The translations under genes and the position numbers were made by a program. A stretch of DNA of 64,000 nucleotides from Bugula neritina (taxonomy: Eukaryota > Animalia > Bryozoa): contig OZ037765.1 of the NCBI GenBank assembly GCA_964035545.1, forward strand, positions 4,908,698 through 4,972,697. Reading direction: 5' to 3'. Positions 1-11,346 of the stretch are shown here, one piece after another (the first letter of the stretch is position 1; each line of letters opens with the position of its first letter). The notes under the pieces are model-generated. The model worked only from the letters and a program-made list of their open reading frames with translations, searched no databases and was not told the origin of the DNA.

Positions 1-276
1 AATTAACTATAGGCTAATGAGTTAATACATGGTTGTAAACTGACAAAAAAGCAAACTGTCTACTAGTATACTTTTTATATAGCATCAGTTCTAATAAATT
101 TTCATATCATATGAGCAGCATTGTAATTTGAAGCCAATGCATTCTATGAACAAAAGCACCAAACTCCTCTAAATAATCTAAATAGTTTAAGAATCGGTTA
201 AATAAATGTAAAATAATAATAGTATGAGAAATTACACAATGACAGAATTCCAGGACTAAAACCTATTAAATCTTAC

Positions 277-3200
277 CATCACAGTCGGAGGGTTTTCTAG
301 CTCCTACAGTGTGACCTCCTGAAGGACAAACTTTGCAACGTAGCTGGTTGTCCTCATCCTGATATGTCCCTCTTGGGCAAGAGATGCATGTGGAGTTCAG
401 AGTATTGAAATATGTGCCAGCTCGGCATTTTACTAACAATATAAAGAGCTAACTTGCAAGCAGTGAAGGCACTCAACACACTTCAATATACTATGTGCAC
501 AGAGCTTGTTTTGACTTGCACACAAAAAATCAGGATTTAAAATACCACTAAAATATTAGGATTCTATATATAATAGAAAGGATTACGATAATAAAATATT
601 ATGTTATTTATGTACACTAACATACTAGAATACTATACAATGATGGATTTGTTTGCATAAGCTTTGACCAGGGAGATTTCCAGTCAACAAGAAACTAATT
701 CAAAACATGAATGAATAAAATTTGTTCAAAATAAATATTTATGAATATGTTGATTATTGCTAAAAACAGCCTTATAGCTTTTGAGTTGAATTTATTTTTA
801 GAATGCAGATATAATATCCAAAGCATTTATTTTGAAAATATTATACTGAATATTTTATACATCATTAATGTATTTTTACAGTTTGATGAATTGCTCACAT
901 TTTTCATAATTTACACATTCCTTATTTCCATTGATGACATCATTGATAGTTGAGAAGCTGAAATTATTAAAATATTACTCTCAATTACAAGATCTGAACA
1001 TTTCATAAAGCCTGCCTTTGGAAAAGAAATAAACTACGTTAGAACGTTACAACTGAGGTTGGACAACATTAATGTGAGTAGAAAATATATAGTAATATAG
1101 CTAAAAGCCTATGATAGCTTTTATAACTACCAGGTAAAAAGTAGTACTAATTAGCTAAGGTAGCAGTAATTAGCAAAGGTAACAGTATTTAGCAAAAGTT
1201 GTATTAAGTAACCATTTAATGTAGTGATCCATAGCTAAAAGTAAAAATTTAAAGTGCTTATGAACACTTTAAACATATATGAGCTAAGAAACATATTAAA
1301 TATTGATAAAAAAATCAACAAGTAATAAAAAGTAGATAATAGAATTTTTATAAATACTTTTATTCTTACCGCACCGACTATCCAAACCAGCTATGAGCTT
1401 ATGTCCCTTCACACAGCTCAGCCGCACACCTGAGACTCTGAAGGTCTTCTTACTCAACGTCAGGTAGTGATGCTCATGAATTGTTCCATCTCTTTCTTTT
1501 CTACGAAGTGTTTTTGTCAGCTTCCTGAAGGATTTGCATTCTAAACTTCTGCATTCACCTGCTTACAAAACAGACAGCAGTTGTGATGATTGATCAAATA
1601 GCTAGCAATTGGTATTATATAGCAATATTCCGATTGAAAACTAGAAATATATATATATATATCTAATAATCAGTACAGTGTTAGTATAGTTATATTGTGA
1701 TAGTATAGTTATGCTGGAGTAATATATTGAATATGCTGGTAAAGTTTACTATCGCAAGTGGATGCCAGGGTAGCCGTCACGAGAAAGACTGTGAAGACAA
1801 TTCTCTTCTGTCTTTTCTCAGTTTGATATTCTGCCCGTCTGCTTATACATCTAACTGCCATGCTGGGGACGTGAAATCCTTTAATACCTGAATCTAAAAA
1901 ATTATTTTACAAAATAATTGACTTTATAAATAATAACAATTTTATGCAATTTTCGAAAACTGTGCTTTTTTAGAGGGTTGAAAATATTAAACAACTACTT
2001 TTTAATTTATTCTCCCTTAAAAATCTTTGCAACTATTCCATATATTATTTGTAAAACTGCAAAACTTTCCAAAAAGAGAACAAATTGATATCATACAAGC
2101 TAAACAAAGGAATTTTAGTGTTAAGAAATTTTTTTTCAGTTGCGATCCAAAGATTTATGATTTCCAATTTAGAAAAGAATTCTAAAAATATTGAATCATC
2201 AAAGATTATCGTTGCCTATCACCTCTGATGGTTGTATTCAGTGCACTGTGCAGCTCCTGGGTGTAGTTGTTATGTTCATCACAGTTTACTGTTGAGCCGA
2301 TAGAATACTGGATAGATCTAGTGGCTTTAGATGGGGTAACCACAGCTGTGACAGATATAGAGTAGCAATGAGTAGACAACATAGCAAAGTACAATAATTA
2401 CTTGTAGAAAATATCTATTGTGAATCTCATTGACTTTTTATTATTAACTTTAATAATCAATGCTGCTCACAATTAAACCACAGGAAATTACCTTAATCTA
2501 AACATAATTCATATTAGCAGTGCAGAAACAAAAATTTAATACGTACACGCCTAAATGAAATTGTTCAAACTAAAATAATGTTTTACCATTTATGTCTTTA
2601 CCTCATATACTAAACTTAGCAAAAATAATTACTATACATGGCTTTTACTTTAATTTTATATCCCAGTTATAACAAATATTTTGCATAATCTAATAAGATA
2701 CTTCAAACTTATTTATCCTAATTCATGATCTAAATGTAGGCCTATTTGTATACATGTACAGCACATTCTCAAAGTGCAAACAACTCTTACTTACGTGGGT
2801 TTGGCGGTATTGTAATTGATAAATTACTCTTAGTAAAAGAATCCCACTGGTAACTGCTATCTGAAAGAGATAGAGTAGATTTTATTTGAACAAGCTCAAC
2901 ATAAAAAATTAAAAATTTTATTTGAACTTGTAACAACCTTATTTAACCTATAATGCTTTACATATAATTACAGTTGTGTATATATGCAGTGTATAGGTGT
3001 ATAATTATATAGCAGAAATTATTTCGTAAAATACAATAAAATTATCAAAGTTGAATTGTCTCTTCACCATATTATACAAAATTGCCATAATATACTAATT
3101 ATTCACAACAACATTACTAACATAAACGTTATTTACAATCAAATAGTACAACACATAACTTTAACTACTAATGGCTGGATATTACTTTACGATTTTTTCA

Positions 3201-6200
3201 ATGATTTATTACTGGCTTTATTCCCCAGAGTTGGGTGCAAACTCCACTAGCATGAGAAGTTGTCGGTCGCCAAATAAAGCAAGTTTGTTTTGAGTACTAA
3301 ATTAAAAGTAGTGAACTGAGGCTACACTAAGACTCACCCACACAGCTGTGGTTATTCACGTGAAGTGTGTATTCACCTTTACACTCACACCTGTAACTGC
3401 CGGCAGTGTTCACGCAGACCTCTTCACATCCCCCATTGTCTATTGAACACTCATTGAGCTCTACAAAAACACAACTGATACATTGTTTTGTTAAATGCAG
3501 TTCCTTAATGTCTTTTAGTAAAGTTTATTAGGGAGCAGCGTGGTCTAGGGGTTAGAGCGTTTGCTTCATAAGCTTGAAGTCATGGGTTCAAGCCCTGACC
3601 AAGGCCATTGGTGATGTTAGAAAGAGCATCCAGTCTTAATTGCTCCTGTGTCCCATTTGAATAAGTCCTTGGCCCGATTTAACAAAAACCCTTTTCCATC
3701 AAGAGTTTTCTCACAGGGATGGTAACTACAAACTTGCGTGAGTTTTAGTAAAGTTTATTATTAGGTAAAATTTAAGCTTATTTTGCTTTAAGTAGAAAAA
3801 TAGCATTTTTGGACATAAATGGTAAAACAAATAATCTGCAATAAACTAGTATTTGTTGCAAAACATACCAGCACAGTGGGTCAATCCGTACAGAGTGTAT
3901 CCCTCTTTACAAAGACATTGATATGATCCCTCCGTGTTAATGCATATCTGGTCACACGTGTCGTTATACTGGCATTCATCAATGTCTGAACATAGCTGGG
4001 TTCTTTTATCTAGTTGGTAGCCAGTATGGCACACGCACTGGTAGCCTCCTAACTTATTTAAACATGTGTGGTTGGCACACAGACTATTGTCATTCAGACA
4101 TTCATCTATATCTATAATTACACAAAGTTCAAATTTTTTGTGTTGAAATTATAATGTTTAAAAAAATTGAGACTTCAGGACAATTAAGTAAGGATTGAGC
4201 AATGAAATGTTTTGATCAGGTGTTCAGTAAATGATTTATTTTTAATTTTTGCAACTTAGAACTAAAAATAGGTTTACGAAGCAATAATTCCACTGTTAAA
4301 TTCTGCTTAAAGAGTGAATTTAAATTTTAGAATTTAAACAATAAAACAACCCATTTAAAACTAGAAATAGCATGATCTACAGAAAAAAGTTATGGTAGGC
4401 TTAGAAAATATCTAAATGATGGTGCATGTAAGTTAAAAGACTATCACTATAATATATGCTGTATAAATACAGGCTGGAATCAAACAATAGAACTTTGTCT
4501 TGCTGCAAGATAAAAACTTGATACATTTTCAAAATATTCTATTTGAATTATACACGGCTACATTGTACAGTTTAAAGGGTGCACATTTACCTTCACAACT
4601 TCTGGAGTCCTCAGCCAATTGGAAGCCAGGTGAACAAGTGCATTGTGGTCCGTTGTCAGCATCAGCACAGTGATGATCACATCCCCCATTTCTGAGTTTA
4701 CACTGAGCTGTAGGCAGACAATGAGCTCTAAACAAAAGTGTTTACTTGATTCAGTCATTACAGACAATAGAGGTAAAGCTCAACCCCATTACTTTCTGGC
4801 ATATCATAAAGTACCAACCAGAGAAAGTAAATTGTAGTAAATGAAAAAATATTTATGATTTATTACAAAACCATTGTATGATTGGAAATTTTTAGGTTTG
4901 GTATATAAATGCTATGGAAATAGTATAGAGTGCTCACTCACAGAGTTTTATTAACCTTGTCAACTATTCAGCTTGAATATATACTTACTCACATAAGTTT
5001 TTACTTGATCTCTAAGCATACATAAATTACCAGAACAAATACTCACAGCTCCATTGGCCTCTATAAAGTTTGTTATATACTTACGGACACAATTCCCTTG
5101 ACCTCTAAGCATAAGTAGCCTGTAACCTGGTGAACACGCACATTGAACCCTCTTTTTCTTTTGTATGCATCTGTGTTGACAACCACCATTTCCAATGCTG
5201 CAACTTTTTTCTATAAAAACAATTTTAAAAAATGAAATAGCAGCTTCAGTCAAACAGCAATATCATAATTGTCAATAATTACGAAATTCCTGTTATAATA
5301 AAAGTGTCAATCAATATTTATTTTAACTCAGAGAAAAACAAATACTCTAATATTATTACAGTGTTGAGCTTTATTAGCCAATAAAATTGCTCTTTTTAAA
5401 TGGAATAAACTAATTTAAAACTTAAATACAATTGAAATAACATATGCTAGTTCTATGAGCCATATATTAACTTGTATACATGTATTATATCTTTCTATGC
5501 ATAAATAAGATTAAAATTAATAATATTTTTGAGTTTATAGCTTTTAAAGCTTATTTCTGCTAAACACTTTATTTACAATTATAAACTTATTTAAAGTAAC
5601 TCTGCTAAAAACAAGCTTTATATATTTCATGGCAGAATAAGTTCCATATAACTCAACTAAAGTTGACTTCACCTAAGATTATATTTATTATTATTATATC
5701 TATTATATTCACCATTTCTTCTGCTATTGTATCCGGTTTGGCACATCAAACAGCTTGTTGAATTATCCGATAGATTCCCAAGTTCACATTTATAGTGAGG
5801 AGGACACAACTGTGCATCTGTAAGGAATAAGTTTGAATATAATTAGTAGATAACTCCAAAATATAAAATTCTGCTACTAGTACACTACAATGAAATATAC
5901 CTAAAAGGGAGTTATATTTCCTCTTCCTAGAGCTGTTGTGTTCTTGTATTTTTATTCTAAGATAACCTAATGAACTAAATTACATGAAACATTATCTTGA
6001 TATAGCCATCTTTTAGAATATAGCTAGAAAAATGCACAGCAAACAAAAATAGCTAGAAAAAGCATAGCGAACAAAAGTAGCTAGGAAAAGTATTAGATAT
6101 ATAATAAAGCATAGCAAGCGATTGCAATGTTTGATGTTTCAGCAAAAACTCTAGAAGTCCAAGTTCAGTGGCATACTATCTATATTGCTATACGTCAAGT

Positions 6201-9200
6201 GCTACATGGTAGATGTTATTAAGATTACCTCTGCTATATAATTATATAGATAATAACGTAGGATATATAGGATGTAAAATTTCTTGTATATGAGTATATT
6301 ATAATTTACCTTGACACGACACACCATCTGGAAGAAGATGAAAACCTGACCTACATATACATGACCTTGACCCAATTTCATTGACACAAATATGTTCACA
6401 TTCTCCGTTGTTGGTTGAACACTCATTTACATCTGTAGAACATATACAAACAACATTGCACTTTAGTTAAGTGACAATATGCTGTATGGCTTAACAATTA
6501 ACATGTTATGATATTTAACTTCTAATAAAGCTAGATAGTTTTCAACATTCAGCGCACCTGATAAACAATAAGTGTGTACATGTGTAAAACTACTCATAGA
6601 ATGCATGATTTTAACTGGCAAATAACACTGCCAACTCGTTTGCATGTGAAGGAGAGAAAATATCCACCTAATTAAATAAAACATTGCTATACTAGGTCCA
6701 ATACTCTAAGCAGAAACTATAACCTCTAAGCTCTGGAATCTAGCTCCTCTTTAATCAACATGTTTCAATACAATTTTGGAGTCATAGTTGACATATTAAT
6801 TAGAAATTATTATAACTATTTAAATTTTTAAATCGATATTAGGAGCACATTTGAATATTTACCAATACAGTTTTGTCCATCTCCATCAAGCAAGAATCCA
6901 GGTAAACAGCTGCAATAGCTAGAGCCTGCTGTATTGTGACATACCTGGGTACAGTAGCCATTCCCATGTGCACATTCATCCTTATCTAAAAACAACACAA
7001 ATTCACAGTCTGTAAATAACAGCATAATTATATTACATACAATATACAGTCTAAACTCTAAATACTTAAACCTTGTTAACTCAAACAATGCAACAACTTT
7101 CCTGACTCACTACTAATTTACGTTATACAGCATTCAACTACCCGTTACCTGTAGTCTACTACCTGTAGTCTACTACCTGTAGTCCGTTACCTGCAGTCTA
7201 CTACCTGTAGTCTACTCCTGTAGTCTATTACCTGTAGTCTATTACCTGTAATCTGTTACCTGTAGTCTGTTACCTGTAGTCTATTACCTGTAGTCTATTA
7301 CCTGTAGTCTATTACCTGTAGTCTGTTACCTGCAGTCTGTTACCTGTAGTCTGTTACCTGTAGTCTATTACCTGTAGTCTGTTACTCAACTAAGTCAGCA
7401 TGAATCAACTGTGATCTGGCATTCAGGTGAAAGCAGCTAATAAAATTCCATTAATAAATTTCAAGCACACTGAAACAATTTTTTAAAAAAAATTCAAAAC
7501 ACTGTCTAAACTCTTAAGGGTTTACTACTTCTATTTCTAACACCTTTCACTGTAATTTATTGAGTTATTACGATTAGAAATAAAATTTATTTGCTTGAAT
7601 TTTCTCACATACCCTCACAGACTGTCCCGTTTCCAATGTACCCTGCGTGGCATCTGCATTTGAAAGACTTTCTGGTGTTAATACATTGTGCGTTTGGATG
7701 GCAGTTATGTCCCCTGTGACACCTATCTAATACAATTTGTAACAGGTGAGCAGAGAACTGTTTCTTTAAAAATTAAAAAAAAATATATATACTCATATTT
7801 AAGCAGCTGTAATAAAATATTTTTCAAAACCGCAATGAGTTAAAGAAACAAATAATGTTTTGTGTTCAACAGATATGTAGAATAGAAGTAAACTTGCTTC
7901 CATTTATTGCAGTAAAGCTTTATAATAATTTCAATAATTGTACTTTTTACTCTAATTATAATATGCTATATAATACGTATATTTAATTACTTTATTAGTT
8001 TATCATCTTATATTATAGGCACACATCTTCTGTAGAACAGTTACCTTTACCAAATGAAAAGATTGCATTATTGATTAAGTCATTTATTGCAATAAAACTT
8101 TAAAAGGATTTATCATAATTTTGATAATTTTACTTTTACTCTCATACAATGCACACATATAACTACTTCATTAGTTATATTGTATTATAGACACATATAT
8201 TATATAAAACAGTTACCTTTACCAAGAGATATAGTCACTGAACAAAGCCCAGACCCGCTCCGAGCATCTGATCCTATAACTCTATTGAATCCAGCAAACA
8301 GCATTGGGTAACCTGAAAACACAATACATTCCTTAATACCATCACACAGTAAGTATAAAATAACATAGCGCTGGAACTCTGAATATCATGCAAGAACCTG
8401 CCATAACAATGTCAAACTAATTTAGGGTAATTCTATAACAACCTGACATGTTAAACAGGTGTTTTGAGGATATAATCAGTGGTTTACTCTTCTTTTTGGT
8501 GATTCGTAGTTGTCCATTTTGAATTTCTATTATCACCTACAAAACACAGGGAAATTTTTAAAAGAGACCATTTTCAAACTTTACACTAGCAAAAACTTTA
8601 AAAATAATCAAGTAATGATAAAATAATGAGAAGAAATTCACTATGTGGGAATTATCCTCTTGAAAAATATCCCAGAACATATTTCCCTAGCACATAATTT
8701 ATTGCACTAGTTTGAGATACTTCGAAGTTATCTAAAATTTATTTATATGTCAAAGCATTTTGCACCAAACAATTGGATATATATATATATATATATATAT
8801 ACTATATAGATACACATATAATAATTCTGTCGAGTTAAATAGCGTTAGAAATACCGTTGCAGGCATGGCGGCCTTGTTTATATAGTTGTCAATCACTTTA
8901 ACTAAGTTTCCTGCTCCATTTACTGAGAGCATCTCATAGCCGGCTTCAGTAGTGGAGTATATTCTCAGTTGTTGACTATACATCTGCAACTCTGCGCTGT
9001 GATTGGTTGAAATCTCTCGGTAACTACCGCTTCCTGTAATGATCAAGTCCGAACTGAACAAAATGTAGGCAATCAGCACATATATTTGACTGTAGGATAT
9101 AAATAAGTTATCTAGATTTTAGATTTCTCCGCATGCTAATAGATTTAAATAGATCAGTAAATTTTGCTAAACAACCGTTGATTATCTTTTAGAAATATAA

Positions 9201-10381
9201 TAATCTATTTTTAAAAAGACACACAAATAAAACTGCAAAAGATGTTATTTAGAATACAAGCTCAGTTTTGCAAACCCCTAAAAATTTTCTTTAAAAAATA
9301 TATATAAATTACATATAGGCTATAGCACACATCAGTGGCAGAATATTTTTCTAATTAGACATACTTTTCATTTGCAACTACATGAAATTTGTCTTCAAGA
9401 AAAGTAAACAAATTTTACTAAATTTTGATAAATGACATTAATCAGAAATTTTTATTCAATCTATGAAGTGTAACACTAATATGCGTTCCATAAGCAGGCT
9501 CAGTATGAATAAATTGAAATTCATGTTTAATTGCTCTTTTTATAAAAGATACATTTCAATGCTAAGCATTTGCTGAACTAAAGACCAAAGCTGGTGGCAA
9601 TATTAACAGGTGCTTCTAAAACATTTCCTATGTTAGTAATGCAGTAAATATATTGTTTATGCAACTTCTAGAAAACAAAGTAGAATTGCATTGTTAGGCA
9701 TTAAAAACCTTTCGCATGACAATGACTTGACAAATAAGCATTTTGTAAGTGAAAAACTCACCTACATTGTTGGCAGAGCTGCCTATATTTACTGCCCACA
9801 AGTTTGGCAAATCTGAAGAAAACTTCAAAGTAAATTTAATGAACCTGTTTTCTACATTTGTAAGATTAACAGATACCACAGCAGGTATGCTGCAAGCTCT
9901 ACGTAAGTTCTTCTGAGTACCATGTTGAAGAATGCTGAAATATGAATGCTGTTGGTTTTCTTCAGCATGCTTCAATTTGTATCGAAATTGCTTGTTTAGG
10001 TTCAAGCGAAGGTCTTGAGCTGCCAACTGCAAGACAGCTAAAAAATAAAAACCAATTTGCTAGACTATTTCCCATTAAGTTTAGTGACAATTATTTTTAT
10101 TAAACAAAAATTGTAAGTGGGTAAGTTTCTAACATACTGTATAAAATGGCACCACTATACTAAACTAAAGCTTAAAATATAATAGGATTTTAAAACGTAC
10201 ACTGTAATTTGATTCTGACTAAAAATTATTCATTTCATTGAAGATTTGAAAGCTGCAACTGCAAACAAAGAAATTTCACATGTTTTACTAAACTTAAACT
10301 TCTTGAGTTTGTTTATTGTAGATTAATTATTATAAGTTTATTCTTACCCAAAAACAGAATAGTAAACTCCAAGATTAGCAT
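277..10381 (-). CDS. SCUBE: SCUBE-like secreted protein (signal peptide, extra N-terminal domain, 8 EGF + 1 degenerate EGF, spacer, first Cys-rich ephrin-receptor-like repeat); 3' part incl. expected CUB domain lies beyond the window
   Basis: GT-AG exons with consistent phases: 10348-10381, 9762-10037, 8855-9033, 8488-8536, 8217-8312, 7613-7726, 6863-6985, 6310-6432, 5713-5817, 5085-5210, 4591-4707, 3869-4111, 3338-3460, 2795-2860, 2223-2345, 1750-1893, 1370-1558, 277-432. Signal peptide [18 protein letters not shown]; Ca-binding EGF repeats ([36 protein letters not shown]); SCUBE-typical EGF8 end [13 protein letters not shown]; Cys-rich repeat [35 protein letters not shown]. Confidence 0.88.
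3531..3742 (+). mobile_element. tRNA-derived SINE, full length, with 18-bp target-site duplication
   Basis: Box A TGGTCTAGGGG, box B GGTTCAAGCCC, core ggccattggtgatgttagaaagagcatccagtc, tail tctcacagggat...gcgtgag; TSD ttttagtaaagtttatta at 3513-3530 and 3743-3760. Confidence 0.9.
7144..7386. repeat. Minisatellite, 14-bp unit tacctgtagtct(a/g)(t/c), ~17 copies
   Basis: Visible tandem array in a SCUBE intron. Confidence 0.95.
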
Positions 10382-11346
10382 ATCTAGTTGCTTACTAGCA
10401 CAGAAGTTGAACACAAATATCCAGAGTTCCTACTGAGAGCCAAGACTACAGAAGTAGTTTGCACTGTTGTACACTTGACAGACTATTACAATATCTCGCT
10501 CTGGCCACAAGTATATTATTATTTGTAGCTGTAATAGTACAACTACAACAAACAGCTATTCACTAGCTAAGCTCACTTCAATTCTATCATCTTAAAAAAC
10601 TATTAATTCTATTCCGTGGCTTGTTTTGAAAAGCCCACTTGTCAAATAAAGTGTCTTATCTAGGTGAGGTTTACATATATACTTCATCATACAATGGCAC
10701 GTCCACATCACAATCACACTGTAAAACTTCTTCTCAGTCAGTCACGGACAGCCATATTGACTTTTATTCATGCATCACGTTCGAAACATTCACAAGTGTT
10801 TATTAGGATGATTCAAATAAAAGTTACTTAATTGTCTGTTGGAATTGTACAGAAACAAGGTCCATATTGAGCTGCTTGAACAAAGAAATTAAAACATTTA
10901 TTATGAAGAATAGAATTTTAGTAAAAACTTGAAAACATTGTAAAATACTATTTAACATCTGGATATTTATTATGTGAAAGTGATAATTCGTAATAAAGCT
11001 CCATTACTGTACAGTATTTACAATAGGATATAACAGATTCCTTTGGGGTAAAAACAACTATTTGTTGTAAAAGAATTTCGAGTGAAATAATACAAAAACA
11101 TCAGAAAAGAGAATGCATCAACTACCTTAGCTGCAGCTACGCACGTAACTTGCAGAAACAAACCCTACACTTTTCAGCATAAAAATACTACAAGGTAACA
11201 AATGATACACAAAACGAAAAAAAGTGATGAAAAATAAAAATATTCAAACACATGACAAAACTATTGTCGTTATAAAACTATATAAATAGTAGGTTCTTTG
11301 TATTTGCACAATACATTTGCATCAACCGGCAAATTGAAGAGAGGTG

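Noticed and set aside
3195-3296. GC-richer patch with an AG that looked like an extra SCUBE exon
   Set aside because: The required phase hits a TAG stop; the flanking exons join in frame without it.
3531-3605. Possible tRNA gene (also at 16658, 45650, 59712)
   Set aside because: A/B boxes are followed by the shared SINE core and tail; these are SINE heads without a proper acceptor stem.
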